Origin: a virus | DNA: 64,000 nucleotides | IMG/VR virus record: IMGVR_UViG_3300044712_000815 | Coordinates: 95,265 to 159,264 of that record | Reading direction: 5' to 3' (one strand) | In this document: positions 1 through 9,191 of the stretch, one piece after another | Numbering within the stretch: the first letter of the stretch is position 1 | Layout of the letters: each line of letters begins with the position of its first letter | Notes under the pieces: generated by a model | Databases searched by the model: none | What the model was told of the DNA's origin: nothing | What the model saw: the letters and a program-made list of their open reading frames with translations, nothing else | Program-made: the position numbers and the translations under genes

Positions 1-11
1 TTACACCAAAA

Positions 12-1706
12 ATGATCAAAATGATTTCGAGGATATCAGGACACAATCCATCAAGGGCAATGTCTGCAAAAGGTACACTTAAATTTAAACTTAAACAAGG
101 TATAAATATTGATCAACTCGTTTCTGGTGGGCAAGTAATAATTTACGATAATACATTAGTAAAAAATAAAACAAATAGTTTATATTATTCAATAAAAATC
201 GGAACAGATAAGAACTATTACCCTCTAACACCAGGTTGTCAATTTTTTGTAAATATTATACAAGGAAAATATGAAACACAAACGTTTACTGGTACAGGTA
301 AATATTCCCAATCATTTCAAGTTTCAGTTAGTAATAATGTAACAATTGATAATTTTGATTATCAGATTACATTAAATGGCATTAATTTAGAAATTAAAGA
401 TCATATTTATGATATGCTAGAAAATGAATATGCTTGTGTTACACGAACTGGGTTTAATGGAGATTTAGATATTTATTTTGGTAATGGCATAAATGGAATT
501 ATACCACCAATTGGTTCTATAATAAAAGTGACATATTTATTATCTAATGGATTAATTGGAAATATTTTAAATAATAAAGTTAATGATTTTTATTTTATAG
601 ATGATATTTATGATAGTGATGGAAATATATTACAACCATCAGCACTTTTTGATATTTTTGTGGAAACTGATATAAAATTTGCAAGTAATGGTGAAAGTGT
701 AGAATACACAAAAAGTGTTGTTCCTTATGTATCAAGAAATTTTGTACTAGCAACACCAGCACAATTTATTTATCATCTAAAAAAATTAAATATGTTTTCT
801 AAAGTCAATGCATTTAATACATTAGATATGGTTAAAATTGATATTGATAGTGATGGAAATTTAGATAATATTAATATTAATGAAATGTATTTGTATTTAA
901 TTCCAAGAATAACAGATTATTATTCAACTGACACTAATTATTTCAATGTTCCATTTTCTGCATTTTTATTAGATCAAGTTGAAAAAGATAGAATCATAAC
1001 ATATCTTAAAAAACAAGGAATATTAAGTATTACATCTACCATTAAAATAATTGATCCAATACCAAAATATTTTATTATAAATTTATTTATTAGAAAATAT
1101 GATGATATTGAAGAAGATAATATTAGAGAACAAGTTATAAATATTTTGTCTGATTATTTTTCAACATATGATAGATATGATCGAGTTATTAAAGCCGATT
1201 TAATAGCTAAATTAAAACAGATTGATGGTATAGATTCACTTAACCTAGAATTTGTTGGTAAAGATAATGAAGATTATCATAGGGATGGTGCATTATTGTC
1301 ATCAACTAAAAAAACTGTAATTGAATCAACTTATGCCACATCATCAAATTCAGTTAATGTATCATCAAATTCATATAGAAATATTGTTTCTACTTCAGGT
1401 TCAACTAACAGTGATAGTAGTGTAATGTTAGCTAATTCGATAACTATTAATGGTAATCCGGCATCGACATCAGTTGGTTCATCAACAATTGTAGCATATG
1501 ATAGCACAAGTCAATATGATGCAACTAAAATGGTTGGAATTGATCCAGTATTGGGTGATATTGTTATCGGAAGTAATGAATTAGTAATTTTAAGAGGTGG
1601 TTGGAATAATAGAAATGGTGTATATTTTAGTGAAGACCCAAAAACTACATCTGGATTAAATACAGTTAATATTATTTGGAAAGGTGTTACACCAAGAAAG
1701 AAATGA
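12..1706 (+). CDS. Baseplate wedge protein (T4 gp6-like), probably 5'-truncated by the window edge
   Basis: IYFGNGINGIIPPIGSIIKVTYL and ASNGESVEYTK resemble gp6/baseplate J-like motifs; near gp25-like and terminase genes. Confidence 0.7.
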   Translation: MIKMISRISGHNPSRAMSAKGTLKFKLKQGINIDQLVSGGQVIIYDNTLVKNKTNSLYYSIKIGTDKNYYPLTPGCQFFVNIIQGKYETQTFTGTGKYSQSFQVSVSNNVTIDNFDYQITLNGINLEIKDHIYDMLENEYACVTRTGFNGDLDIYFGNGINGIIPPIGSIIKVTYLLSNGLIGNILNNKVNDFYFIDDIYDSDGNILQPSALFDIFVETDIKFASNGESVEYTKSVVPYVSRNFVLATPAQFIYHLKKLNMFSKVNAFNTLDMVKIDIDSDGNLDNININEMYLYLIPRITDYYSTDTNYFNVPFSAFLLDQVEKDRIITYLKKQGILSITSTIKIIDPIPKYFIINLFIRKYDDIEEDNIREQVINILSDYFSTYDRYDRVIKADLIAKLKQIDGIDSLNLEFVGKDNEDYHRDGALLSSTKKTVIESTYATSSNSVNVSSNSYRNIVSTSGSTNSDSSVMLANSITINGNPASTSVGSSTIVAYDSTSQYDATKMVGIDPVLGDIVIGSNELVILRGGWNNRNGVYFSEDPKTTSGLNTVNIIWKGVTPRKK

Positions 1707-1984
1707 TTATGGAAGATTGGAAAAAAGATGCACCACTAATAAGACCTGAAGAAGAAGGATTAAACTATCCATATTTGCAAAGACTCAGATATAATCCAAA
1801 TTATTATTGTCCCAATGAAGAAGATTTAAATATTGGGGATGTTATTGTTATTGGAACATATAGATCGAGTCGTGATGGATCACCAAATATTGGATGGGTA
1901 GAAACAACAGTAAAAGGATTGCCGTTATGTAACTTTTATAGTGGTTATATAACTTGTATGAAATTGACATATTGTAACATTTGA
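1676..1984 (+). CDS. Hypothetical protein (true start probably 1703 or 1709)
   Basis: ORF abutting the baseplate gene. Confidence 0.5.
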   Translation: MERCYTKKEMIMEDWKKDAPLIRPEEEGLNYPYLQRLRYNPNYYCPNEEDLNIGDVIVIGTYRSSRDGSPNIGWVETTVKGLPLCNFYSGYITCMKLTYCNI

Positions 1985-2026
1985 TCCAATATCAAAATTC
2001 ATAGATAAAAATAATAATTTAAGACC

Positions 2027-2272
2027 TTATTTGGCAAATTTAAATAAACTATAATCAATTGTGTTATCGTATGTCCAACATTCTTTGCCAATATCATATT
2101 TACTATCTAATTCATTATTTTCGGCAGCAGTAATTATTGCACGACATTCTCTATATGTTAAATTGTATTTTTTCTTAATATCATATATTGATAAATAACT
2201 ATTATATGGTATTTTTAGTTGAATCATACAACTAGATAAAAGGAACAATAATACTATCAGTGTTTTTTTCAT
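2027..2272 (-). CDS. Small putative lipoprotein
   Basis: MKK + hydrophobic stretch + LSSC lipobox. Confidence 0.55.
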   Translation of the reverse strand: MKKTLIVLLFLLSSCMIQLKIPYNSYLSIYDIKKKYNLTYRECRAIITAAENNELDSKYDIGKECWTYDNTIDYSLFKFAK

Positions 2273-2284
2273 TTTTATGCGTTT

Positions 2285-2566
2285 TTATTTATTTAGAAAT
2301 TCATTAAAAATTTCTACTTTATTATATAATACAAACTTGTGAATATAATACGCTAGTGTCTTATAATTTTTATATTCATAAATATCTTTAATATTATAAT
2401 CAATTAAAAAATTATTATCTACTGCCATCATATAGTTATCATTTTGATCAAACCAATATGTCATTTCATATATTTTATCATTAATTTTCATAGAAAGTAT
2501 AACAGCAACACCATTATTTATTTCTCCAATATAATCTATAATTGATATAAAATTAGAATCTTCCAT
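2285..2566 (-). CDS. Hypothetical protein
   Basis: ORF downstream of a divergent TATATATA box at about 2587-2596. Confidence 0.6.
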   Translation of the reverse strand: MEDSNFISIIDYIGEINNGVAVILSMKINDKIYEMTYWFDQNDNYMMAVDNNFLIDYNIKDIYEYKNYKTLAYYIHKFVLYNKVEIFNEFLNK

Positions 2567-2604
2567 TAGGGAAAAATATTTTTTAATATATATATAAATA
2601 AAAT

Positions 2605-3003
2605 ATGGTTACTATGGTAGATATAGATAAATATGAAGAACAATTGTGGAATAGAATGACTCCACTTATATCATATCACGATTTACTTAAAATGAAAAAT
2701 GTTAAACATTGTGTATTATGCTTAGATCGTGATGGCGTTTGGAAACGATTAGAATTAAAATGGGCGTTAGCTTTTTTCGAAAATATTAATGATAATAAGA
2801 AAGCGGATAAAATTAAAAATATAATGAAAAAACATTATATCGCTGATGATAAAATACAAAAAAAATTAAATATAGAATTAAAAAAATATCACAAAAAATC
2901 ACCAGAAATACAAAAGGGCTTCTTTCAAACCTCCTACGATAAGGATGAAAAAGGCATGTTGTATGTGTATTGGGATCATCAAATTAAAATATATGTGAAA
3001 TGA
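2605..3003 (+). CDS. Hypothetical protein
   Basis: First ORF of the gp25/terminase operon. Confidence 0.6.
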   Translation: MVTMVDIDKYEEQLWNRMTPLISYHDLLKMKNVKHCVLCLDRDGVWKRLELKWALAFFENINDNKKADKIKNIMKKHYIADDKIQKKLNIELKKYHKKSPEIQKGFFQTSYDKDEKGMLYVYWDHQIKIYVK

Positions 3004-3004
3004 T

Positions 3005-3376
3005 ATGGCATTAAGAGATGTAAAAGATTTGGTCATTAGATATGATGGTCATCCTAAATATGAAAAAAATAGAATTGTTGAAGATGATGAAATTGAAGTC
3101 ATTGTTCAAAAGTTAGAAATGATATTATTTACCAATAAAGGTGAAGTGTTAGGTGACATCGAAATAGGTTGTAATTTAGAATATTATTTGTGGAAAACAC
3201 GAGTTACAACCGGAACATTAAAAAGCAAAGTAGAAGAACAAATTGCAAATTATATTCCAGAATTATCAGCATTAGGATATTTATTTAATATAGACCTTTA
3301 TGAAGGTACATTAAGAGATATTCTATATTTAAATTTTGTGATAAAAGGATATAATGTTCAATTTATTTTCGAATAA
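3005..3376 (+). CDS. Baseplate wedge subunit, gp25/GPW-like
   Basis: ILFTNKGEVLGDIEIGCNLEYYLW ... I..YIPEL matches the gp25 pattern. Confidence 0.75.
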   Translation: MALRDVKDLVIRYDGHPKYEKNRIVEDDEIEVIVQKLEMILFTNKGEVLGDIEIGCNLEYYLWKTRVTTGTLKSKVEEQIANYIPELSALGYLFNIDLYEGTLRDILYLNFVIKGYNVQFIFE

Positions 3377-3391
3377 AAATTAAAAAATTGT

Positions 3392-3925
3392 ATGGCAGAA
3401 AAACAACCAGAAAAAAAAGAAAAAGTAGAAGAATTTATATTAACAACGGAATTAATAAAAGAAATAGAAGAAAAAGAAAATTTAGGAAAAATTTTAAAAC
3501 GATATGAAAAATTGTGGTTTTCAAATTTAAGGGGAATTCGAAAATCAAATTTAACATTTGCTATGACAGATGATGAATGGTTAGAATATATCAAATGTAA
3601 AATAAATATTCATTATTTCGCTGAAAATTATTGCCAAATTAAACGAGAAGATGGTACAATCGGACCAATGAAACTTCGAGATTATCAAAAAGATATTATT
3701 GATCTATATACTAAAAATCCACGAAGCATATTAATGGCATCAAGACAAACTGGAAAATGCAACTATTTCAATATCAACGTGTTAGTTAAAAATAATAATG
3801 GACAAGAATATAATATTTGTGTTGGGGAACTATATTATACTGAATTAAAGAAAGATAGAAAATTAACAATTTTAGAAAATTTAAAAATATTTTTATATAG
3901 AATATTAAATAAATTAGATAATTAA
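3392..3925 (+). CDS. Terminase large subunit (T4 gp17-like), N-terminal part fused to split-intein N-fragment
   Basis: EYIKCK..IHYFAENYCQI, LRDYQ (adenine-binding) and SRQTGK (Walker A lacking its Thr), followed by Cys123. Confidence 0.92.
   Translation: MAEKQPEKKEKVEEFILTTELIKEIEEKENLGKILKRYEKLWFSNLRGIRKSNLTFAMTDDEWLEYIKCKINIHYFAENYCQIKREDGTIGPMKLRDYQKDIIDLYTKNPRSILMASRQTGKCNYFNINVLVKNNNGQEYNICVGELYYTELKKDRKLTILENLKIFLYRILNKLDN
3758..3922 (+). other. Split intein N-fragment (55 aa: about 27 aa block A plus a helical extension)
   Basis: Begins CNYFNINVLVKN...ICVGELY directly after GK, then stops. Confidence 0.85.
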
Positions 3926-3939
3926 TTCTCTTTCCGCTT

Positions 3940-3972
3940 TGGCGAAAAGCCATAAAAAATAATTAATATATA
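3940..3972 (+). promoter_or_regulatory. TGGCGAAAAGCCA inverted repeat + N12 + AATATATA putative promoter of the endonuclease
   Basis: 11/13 identical, with the same spacing, to the element at 44087-44119. Confidence 0.6.
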
Positions 3973-3986
3973 GAAATAAAAATATT

Positions 3987-4946
3987 ATGGAAGAAGATTA
4001 TATAGAATGTAAAATTTGTGGATTTAAATCAAAAAGAATTTATGGTCGTCATTTGAAATCACATGGATTAACATCAAAAGAATATAAGGAAATGTATCCA
4101 GATGCATTGTTATATGCAGATTGTGATTATAAAAACACATCTAAAAATAGTGGATTGCATATGAAAACTGAAAAATATAAAAAAATATTTTCTGAAAAAA
4201 TAAAAGGTGAAAAAAACCCAAATCATAAATCTAATACAACAATAGAAAAACGACAAAAATGTTCACCATTTTCTAAAGAATTTAAAAATTATTCAGATGA
4301 TAAAGAACGAACAGTATTTATAAAAAATATATGTAATAATAAATCATATCAAGTAAGATTAAATTATTGGTTAAATAAAGGATTTAATGAAATTGATGCT
4401 GAATTAAAATTGAAAGAAAGACAATCCACATTTTCATTAGATATATGTATTAATAAATATGGTGATGAAAAAGGAACCGAAATATATAATAGTAGACAAC
4501 AAAAATGGCAAAAATCTTTAGTGGAAAATGGCAACTTGAAATGTGGATATTCTATGATATCGCAAGAATTGTTTTTTATTATATTAGAAAAATATAAATT
4601 TGAAAATAGAAAAAAAATATATTTTGCAACAAAAAACCAAGAATATTTTATTTGTAAAGGAAAAAGTGAATTTTATCAATTTGATTTTGTTGATTTGGAA
4701 AATAAAAAAATAATAGAATATAATGGTGATAAATATCATGCAAATCCAAAATTGTATGAAGCTACTGATCATCCCCACCCATTCAGAAAATGGATAACTG
4801 CACAAGAAATTTGGGATAAAGACAAACGAAAAGAATTAGTTGCGAATGATGAAGGATTTCAAGTTTTAACAATTTGGGATTCTGAATATAAAAAAAATAA
4901 ACAAGCTACATTAGAAAAATGCTTAATATTTTTAGATAAAAAATAA
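3987..4946 (+). CDS. Free-standing homing endonuclease (C2H2 Zn finger, NUMOD3-like segment, Vsr/DUF559-like nuclease)
   Basis: CKICG...HLKSH; KGEKNPNH; FDFVD..KKIIEYNGDKYH...D..K......GFQVLTIWDSE. Confidence 0.85.
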   Translation: MEEDYIECKICGFKSKRIYGRHLKSHGLTSKEYKEMYPDALLYADCDYKNTSKNSGLHMKTEKYKKIFSEKIKGEKNPNHKSNTTIEKRQKCSPFSKEFKNYSDDKERTVFIKNICNNKSYQVRLNYWLNKGFNEIDAELKLKERQSTFSLDICINKYGDEKGTEIYNSRQQKWQKSLVENGNLKCGYSMISQELFFIILEKYKFENRKKIYFATKNQEYFICKGKSEFYQFDFVDLENKKIIEYNGDKYHANPKLYEATDHPHPFRKWITAQEIWDKDKRKELVANDEGFQVLTIWDSEYKKNKQATLEKCLIFLDKK

Positions 4947-4955
4947 TTTATTTAT

Positions 4956-5399
4956 ATGTTAAAAAACTATTTGAAAAATATAATATACTTCTTAATTCAA
5001 TTAATAGAAAAATATGAATTTAGACATTTCGATCCTAATGAAGATGATATAATGAAAAAATTTGTAAATACTATATTTTTAGAAAATGAAATATTAGTTG
5101 AAACTGATTATGGATTCGTTCCTGTGACAGAACTAAATATTACTCAACCATTTCAACGATATAAATTAGAATTAGAAAATGGAATATGGTTTGAAGGTGC
5201 TGACACACATACAATATTTACTAAAGATCATATTCAAAAAGCATTAATAGATTTAACAACAGATGATTTTGTTATAACTAAGTATGGATTAAGCAAAGTT
5301 AAATTAATAAAAAAAATGTACGGAAAGGTTAGTATGTTTGATTTATCCATCAATACACCTGAAATGAGTTATTATACAAATGATATATTGAGTCACAAC
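4956..5399 (+). other. Split intein C-fragment (148 aa)
   Basis: VETDYGF, block B ADTH, block F MFDLSI, block G YYTNDILSHN, then Thr+1 at 5400. Confidence 0.9.
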
Positions 5400-7133
5400 A
5401 CAGTGAGTGCTGCCATTGTTATTTTACATTTTGTTTTATTTAATGATGATAAGGGTTGTATGATCGTAGCAAATAAAGGTAAAACTGTAAAAGAAATTAT
5501 TAGAAAAATTAAAGATATTTATAAATTATTACCATTTTTCTTAAAAAAAGGTGTTGTAAACTGGAATGAAACTCAAATTGCATTTGAAAATAATTCTCGT
5601 ATCCAAACAGAAAACAGAACAAAAGACCCATCAATTGGTTTTACAATTGACCTACTATATCTTGATGAATTTGCACATATTCCAGATAATTTTATAAGGG
5701 AATATTATGGTGCGATAGTACCTGTTGTATCTTCTATATCCAATTCTAGGATAATAATAACATCAACCCCGTGTGGATATAATATGTTTTGGGAACTGAT
5801 AACTGCGGCAGAATTGCCTGATGATGATCCAAATAAAAGTCCATATAAAGCGATGCGAGTTCTTTGGACACAAGTACCTGGACGAGAAGATACAAATATA
5901 AAAATTATAGATGCTAAATTAAAGAAATTTAGTATATCTAAATCTCAAGTATTAAAGGATATAAGGGAAAAATATGATATAACATTATATAAAAAACACG
6001 TTGGGGATGACATTATAGATTGTGTTAAGTATGATGTAAAAGATGAAAAAACATATATTGATAATATACGAAAAATTAGAATAAATGGAATTCCTCTTCC
6101 TGAATTGGCAATAATTAACAATTGGCAAGAAGAAGAAACAAAATTGTTGGGTTCACCTGAAATTTTTGATCAGGAATATGGATTACATTTTGTGACAGGT
6201 GATAAAATTTTATTTGGTAAAGAAATAATAGATTTATTAAAAAGTCAACAAACACAATTTGATTATATGGAACTACCCGCATTTGGAAAATTGCCATTTC
6301 CATATGATTCTATGAAATGGATAAGAAATTTGAATCTTTTTAATCCACTTAAAGTAAAAGATTATTATATATTGATATCTATTGATTTGGCTGAAGGATT
6401 AGCAAAAGATTATTCGGTTATAAATATATTTAGATTGATGTTAAGAGATAAAGAAGAAATTGAAAAGTACAAATATGAAAATTTGTATGATTTATTTAAA
6501 CTTGAACAAATTGGATTATATCGTAATAATGTATATTCAATTAAGGAAATTGCACATATACTATATTGTATAGCATTTGAATTATTTGATCCAGAAAAAA
6601 TTAAAGTTAATTTAGAATATAATATGTTTGGTGGTGAATTTTTAACCCAATTACCACAAGTATTTAATGGTGAAAATAATTATTCAAATTCAATATTTTT
6701 AAGATATAAACATAATCGAGAAGATGTTGGTGCAAGAATAGGCTTGAAATTAAACAAAGATAAACATTTGATTATAGATAAAGAATTTCAACAAGCTATT
6801 AAGCAAAGAAAAATGATACTACATCATGAACTAAATATAAAAGAAATTACAACATTCAGCAAACACGAAACAGCAGCAGGTAATGTAACTTATAGGGCAG
6901 AAAGTGGTAATGATGATGTCGTTATGACTACAATAACATTATCTTGTTGTTTTGATAATATTGGTTATAAAAATCTTATTGATATGTATGTTAATTGTAA
7001 TTTACAAGGTGATGTGTTAAGATATATAGAAACAATCACAAATAAATCTAATAATGCTGAAAATATGATTGGTGCATATAATAGAATATATCGAAGAAGA
7101 CCAGAAATGTATAATTCTAGATATCCTAGATAA
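4956..7133 (+). CDS. Split-intein C-fragment fused to the rest of the terminase large subunit (ATPase + nuclease)
   Basis: ...ILSHN|TVSAA; Walker B LLYLDEFAH; motif III ITSTP; RNase H-like IDLAEG..KDYS and NDDVVM. Confidence 0.93.
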   Translation: MLKNYLKNIIYFLIQLIEKYEFRHFDPNEDDIMKKFVNTIFLENEILVETDYGFVPVTELNITQPFQRYKLELENGIWFEGADTHTIFTKDHIQKALIDLTTDDFVITKYGLSKVKLIKKMYGKVSMFDLSINTPEMSYYTNDILSHNTVSAAIVILHFVLFNDDKGCMIVANKGKTVKEIIRKIKDIYKLLPFFLKKGVVNWNETQIAFENNSRIQTENRTKDPSIGFTIDLLYLDEFAHIPDNFIREYYGAIVPVVSSISNSRIIITSTPCGYNMFWELITAAELPDDDPNKSPYKAMRVLWTQVPGREDTNIKIIDAKLKKFSISKSQVLKDIREKYDITLYKKHVGDDIIDCVKYDVKDEKTYIDNIRKIRINGIPLPELAIINNWQEEETKLLGSPEIFDQEYGLHFVTGDKILFGKEIIDLLKSQQTQFDYMELPAFGKLPFPYDSMKWIRNLNLFNPLKVKDYYILISIDLAEGLAKDYSVINIFRLMLRDKEEIEKYKYENLYDLFKLEQIGLYRNNVYSIKEIAHILYCIAFELFDPEKIKVNLEYNMFGGEFLTQLPQVFNGENNYSNSIFLRYKHNREDVGARIGLKLNKDKHLIIDKEFQQAIKQRKMILHHELNIKEITTFSKHETAAGNVTYRAESGNDDVVMTTITLSCCFDNIGYKNLIDMYVNCNLQGDVLRYIETITNKSNNAENMIGAYNRIYRRRPEMYNSRYPR

Positions 7134-7527
7134 TTATTTTTTTAAATTTCAAATTATATTTGTCGATATTTTTATTATAATTATTAATTTCTTTTTTTCT
7201 AGTTTCATCATCAAGTAACCAATAATTGTTACGTGATGATGGACCATGGAGATAGAAATTGTTTGATAGTTTTTTACATACCATTGCACAAACCTTTGAA
7301 TCAATTTTCGTTTTAATTGATAGTTCATATGATTTTTTTAATTTTATTTGTATTTGTTTTTCAATATTATTTGGAATATCCCAATTATTATATGGTGAAA
7401 CTATTACAAATCTTGAATAAGAATTATCTTTTTCTTTGTGAATTATTCGAGAATTGTTCAATAATTCTAATATTGATGTTTTTATATTATCAAGGTCTAT
7501 CGTTAAATTTTCTATATAAGTATTCAT
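7126..7527 (-). CDS. Hypothetical protein
   Basis: ORF just downstream of the small RHH gene. Confidence 0.45.
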   Translation of the reverse strand: MNTYIENLTIDLDNIKTSILELLNNSRIIHKEKDNSYSRFVIVSPYNNWDIPNNIEKQIQIKLKKSYELSIKTKIDSKVCAMVCKKLSNNFYLHGPSSRNNYWLLDDETRKKEINNYNKNIDKYNLKFKKIII

Positions 7528-7532
7528 AATAT

Positions 7533-7688
7533 TTATTTTAATTTTTCTTTTATAATCTTTTCAATGTGTTCAGAATAATTTTCTATTCCATTATCCGAAC
7601 AGTATTTGACCCACAATTCATAAACATCCGGATCAATTGAAAATGACACCTTCTTTCTCTTCTTTTCATCTGAAATTTTTCTTCGCAT
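7533..7688 (-). CDS. Small ribbon-helix-helix-like protein (RHH-a1), not in ORF track
   Basis: Manual translation MRRKISDEKKRKKVSFSIDPDVYELWVKYCSDNGIENYSEHIEKIIKEKLK. Confidence 0.75.
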   Translation of the reverse strand: MRRKISDEKKRKKVSFSIDPDVYELWVKYCSDNGIENYSEHIEKIIKEKLK

Positions 7689-7792
7689 AGCTTTTTTTAT
7701 TGTTATATAAAAAATTTTTAAAAAAGTTTTTTTTTATTAATTTATTGAACACTAACATCTTAGTGTTTTTTCACTATAAAAATGGTATTTTT

Positions 7793-7815
7793 TGACTTTT
7801 TTATATTTATATATA
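7793..7815 (+). promoter_or_regulatory. TGAC-N11-TATATATA putative phage promoter
   Basis: Same motif and spacing at 19852-19874 and 26804-26826. Confidence 0.6.
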
Positions 7816-7836
7816 ATAAAAAAACAAATAAAAGTT

Positions 7837-8013
7837 ATGAAAGATGTAAATAAAAAAATCGTAGTGTCAATTTCATTAGAACCAGAACTATTGAAACTTG
7901 TGAATGATACAGTTTCAAATAGATCGAAATTCCTGGAAAATTGTATCATATCAGAATTATGCAAATCCGAAGATATCAAATCTGAACTAAAAAAGAAATT
8001 TATTATTTTATGA
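7837..8013 (+). CDS. Small ribbon-helix-helix-like protein (RHH-b1)
   Basis: KKIVVSISLEPELL...NRSKFLENCI; ATG at 7837 follows the TATATATA box; ATGA overlap with next gene. Confidence 0.75.
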   Translation: MKDVNKKIVVSISLEPELLKLVNDTVSNRSKFLENCIISELCKSEDIKSELKKKFIIL

Positions 8014-9158
8014 AATGGACTTTAGAAAAACTTCAAGAAGAAGCTGATAAATATTTGACTCGTGGTGAATTTCAAAAAAACTGTTCAGGTGCATATACAT
8101 TTGCAAGAATACACAATTTATTGGATATATTATTTGACAAACACAAATATAATGGATATTACAATAATAATAAACCTAAAGGGTATTGGACATTAGAAAG
8201 ACTTCAAGAAGTAGCAAATAAATGTAAAACTAGAATGGAATTAAAACAAAATTTTTGTGGTGCATATTCTAATGCTGTAAAATCAAAATTGTTGGATTTT
8301 TTGTTTAAAAATCATAAAAATAATGGATATCTTAATGATGATGGTTGGATTAAAAATAATTATGTTATATATGTATATGAATTAGAAAAATTCAATATCG
8401 CATATGTTGGATTAACAAATAATATAAATCGAAGAGATAAAGAACATTTATTTAATCCAAATGAAAAACTTAGTCAATTTTGTAAAGATCAAAATGTATC
8501 CTATCCTGAATATAAAATACTAGAAATTGGATTAAATTCATATACAGTAAGAAATAGAGAATTGTTTTGGTTAAATTATTATAAAAATGATGGTTGGATA
8601 ATGTATAATATCGCAAAAACTGGGTCATTGGGAAATGTTGAAAAATATTCAAAATCAAAATTACAAAAAGAAGTAAATAAATATAAAACTAGATTGGAAT
8701 TTAGTATAAATAATATAAATATGTATAATTGTGCAAAAAATAGAAAATTACTTGATAATTTATTTAAAACCCATTATAATAGTGGATTTACTGAAGACAA
8801 ATGGACTTTTGAAATATTACAAATAGAAGCAAATAAATATGATACAAGAAATGAATTTTTTAATAATAATTATAATGCCTATCATGCTGCTAGAGATAAA
8901 AAACTAATTTCAGAATTATTTAAAAATCACAAAAATAATGGATATATAAAACAAAAAAATGTAAATATTCCTTATACATTTTGGTCAAAACATAAATTGC
9001 AAGAAGAATGTGACAAATACTTAACAAGATTAGAATTTAAAAAAAATAATAAAGCTGCATATAGTGCAGCATTAAGATATAAAATATTAGATGAATTATT
9101 CAAAAATCATAAAAATAATGGTTATATAAATAAAATAAACCCAAAAACCATCAAATGA
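8010..9158 (+). CDS. GIY-YIG endonuclease with five ~50-aa KWT...NGY repeats
   Basis: VIYVYE...AYVGLTNNINRRDKEH, conserved E and N; repeats WTLEKLQEEA.KY.TR.EF......AY. Confidence 0.85.
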   Translation: MKWTLEKLQEEADKYLTRGEFQKNCSGAYTFARIHNLLDILFDKHKYNGYYNNNKPKGYWTLERLQEVANKCKTRMELKQNFCGAYSNAVKSKLLDFLFKNHKNNGYLNDDGWIKNNYVIYVYELEKFNIAYVGLTNNINRRDKEHLFNPNEKLSQFCKDQNVSYPEYKILEIGLNSYTVRNRELFWLNYYKNDGWIMYNIAKTGSLGNVEKYSKSKLQKEVNKYKTRLEFSINNINMYNCAKNRKLLDNLFKTHYNSGFTEDKWTFEILQIEANKYDTRNEFFNNNYNAYHAARDKKLISELFKNHKNNGYIKQKNVNIPYTFWSKHKLQEECDKYLTRLEFKKNNKAAYSAALRYKILDELFKNHKNNGYINKINPKTIK

Positions 9159-9172
9159 TGGTTTTTGGGTTT
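9137..9172. terminator. Bidirectional intrinsic terminator
   Basis: Perfect 16-bp inverted repeat AAACCCAAAAACCATC/GATGGTTTTTGGGTTT between convergent genes. Confidence 0.8.
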
Positions 9173-9191
9173 TACTAGTTTTTATTCAGAA

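Noticed and set aside
3926-4955. Group I intron as the explanation for the split terminase
   Set aside because: Only 61 nt and 9 nt of non-coding DNA flank the endonuclease, too little for a ribozyme core, and the intein termini already explain the junction
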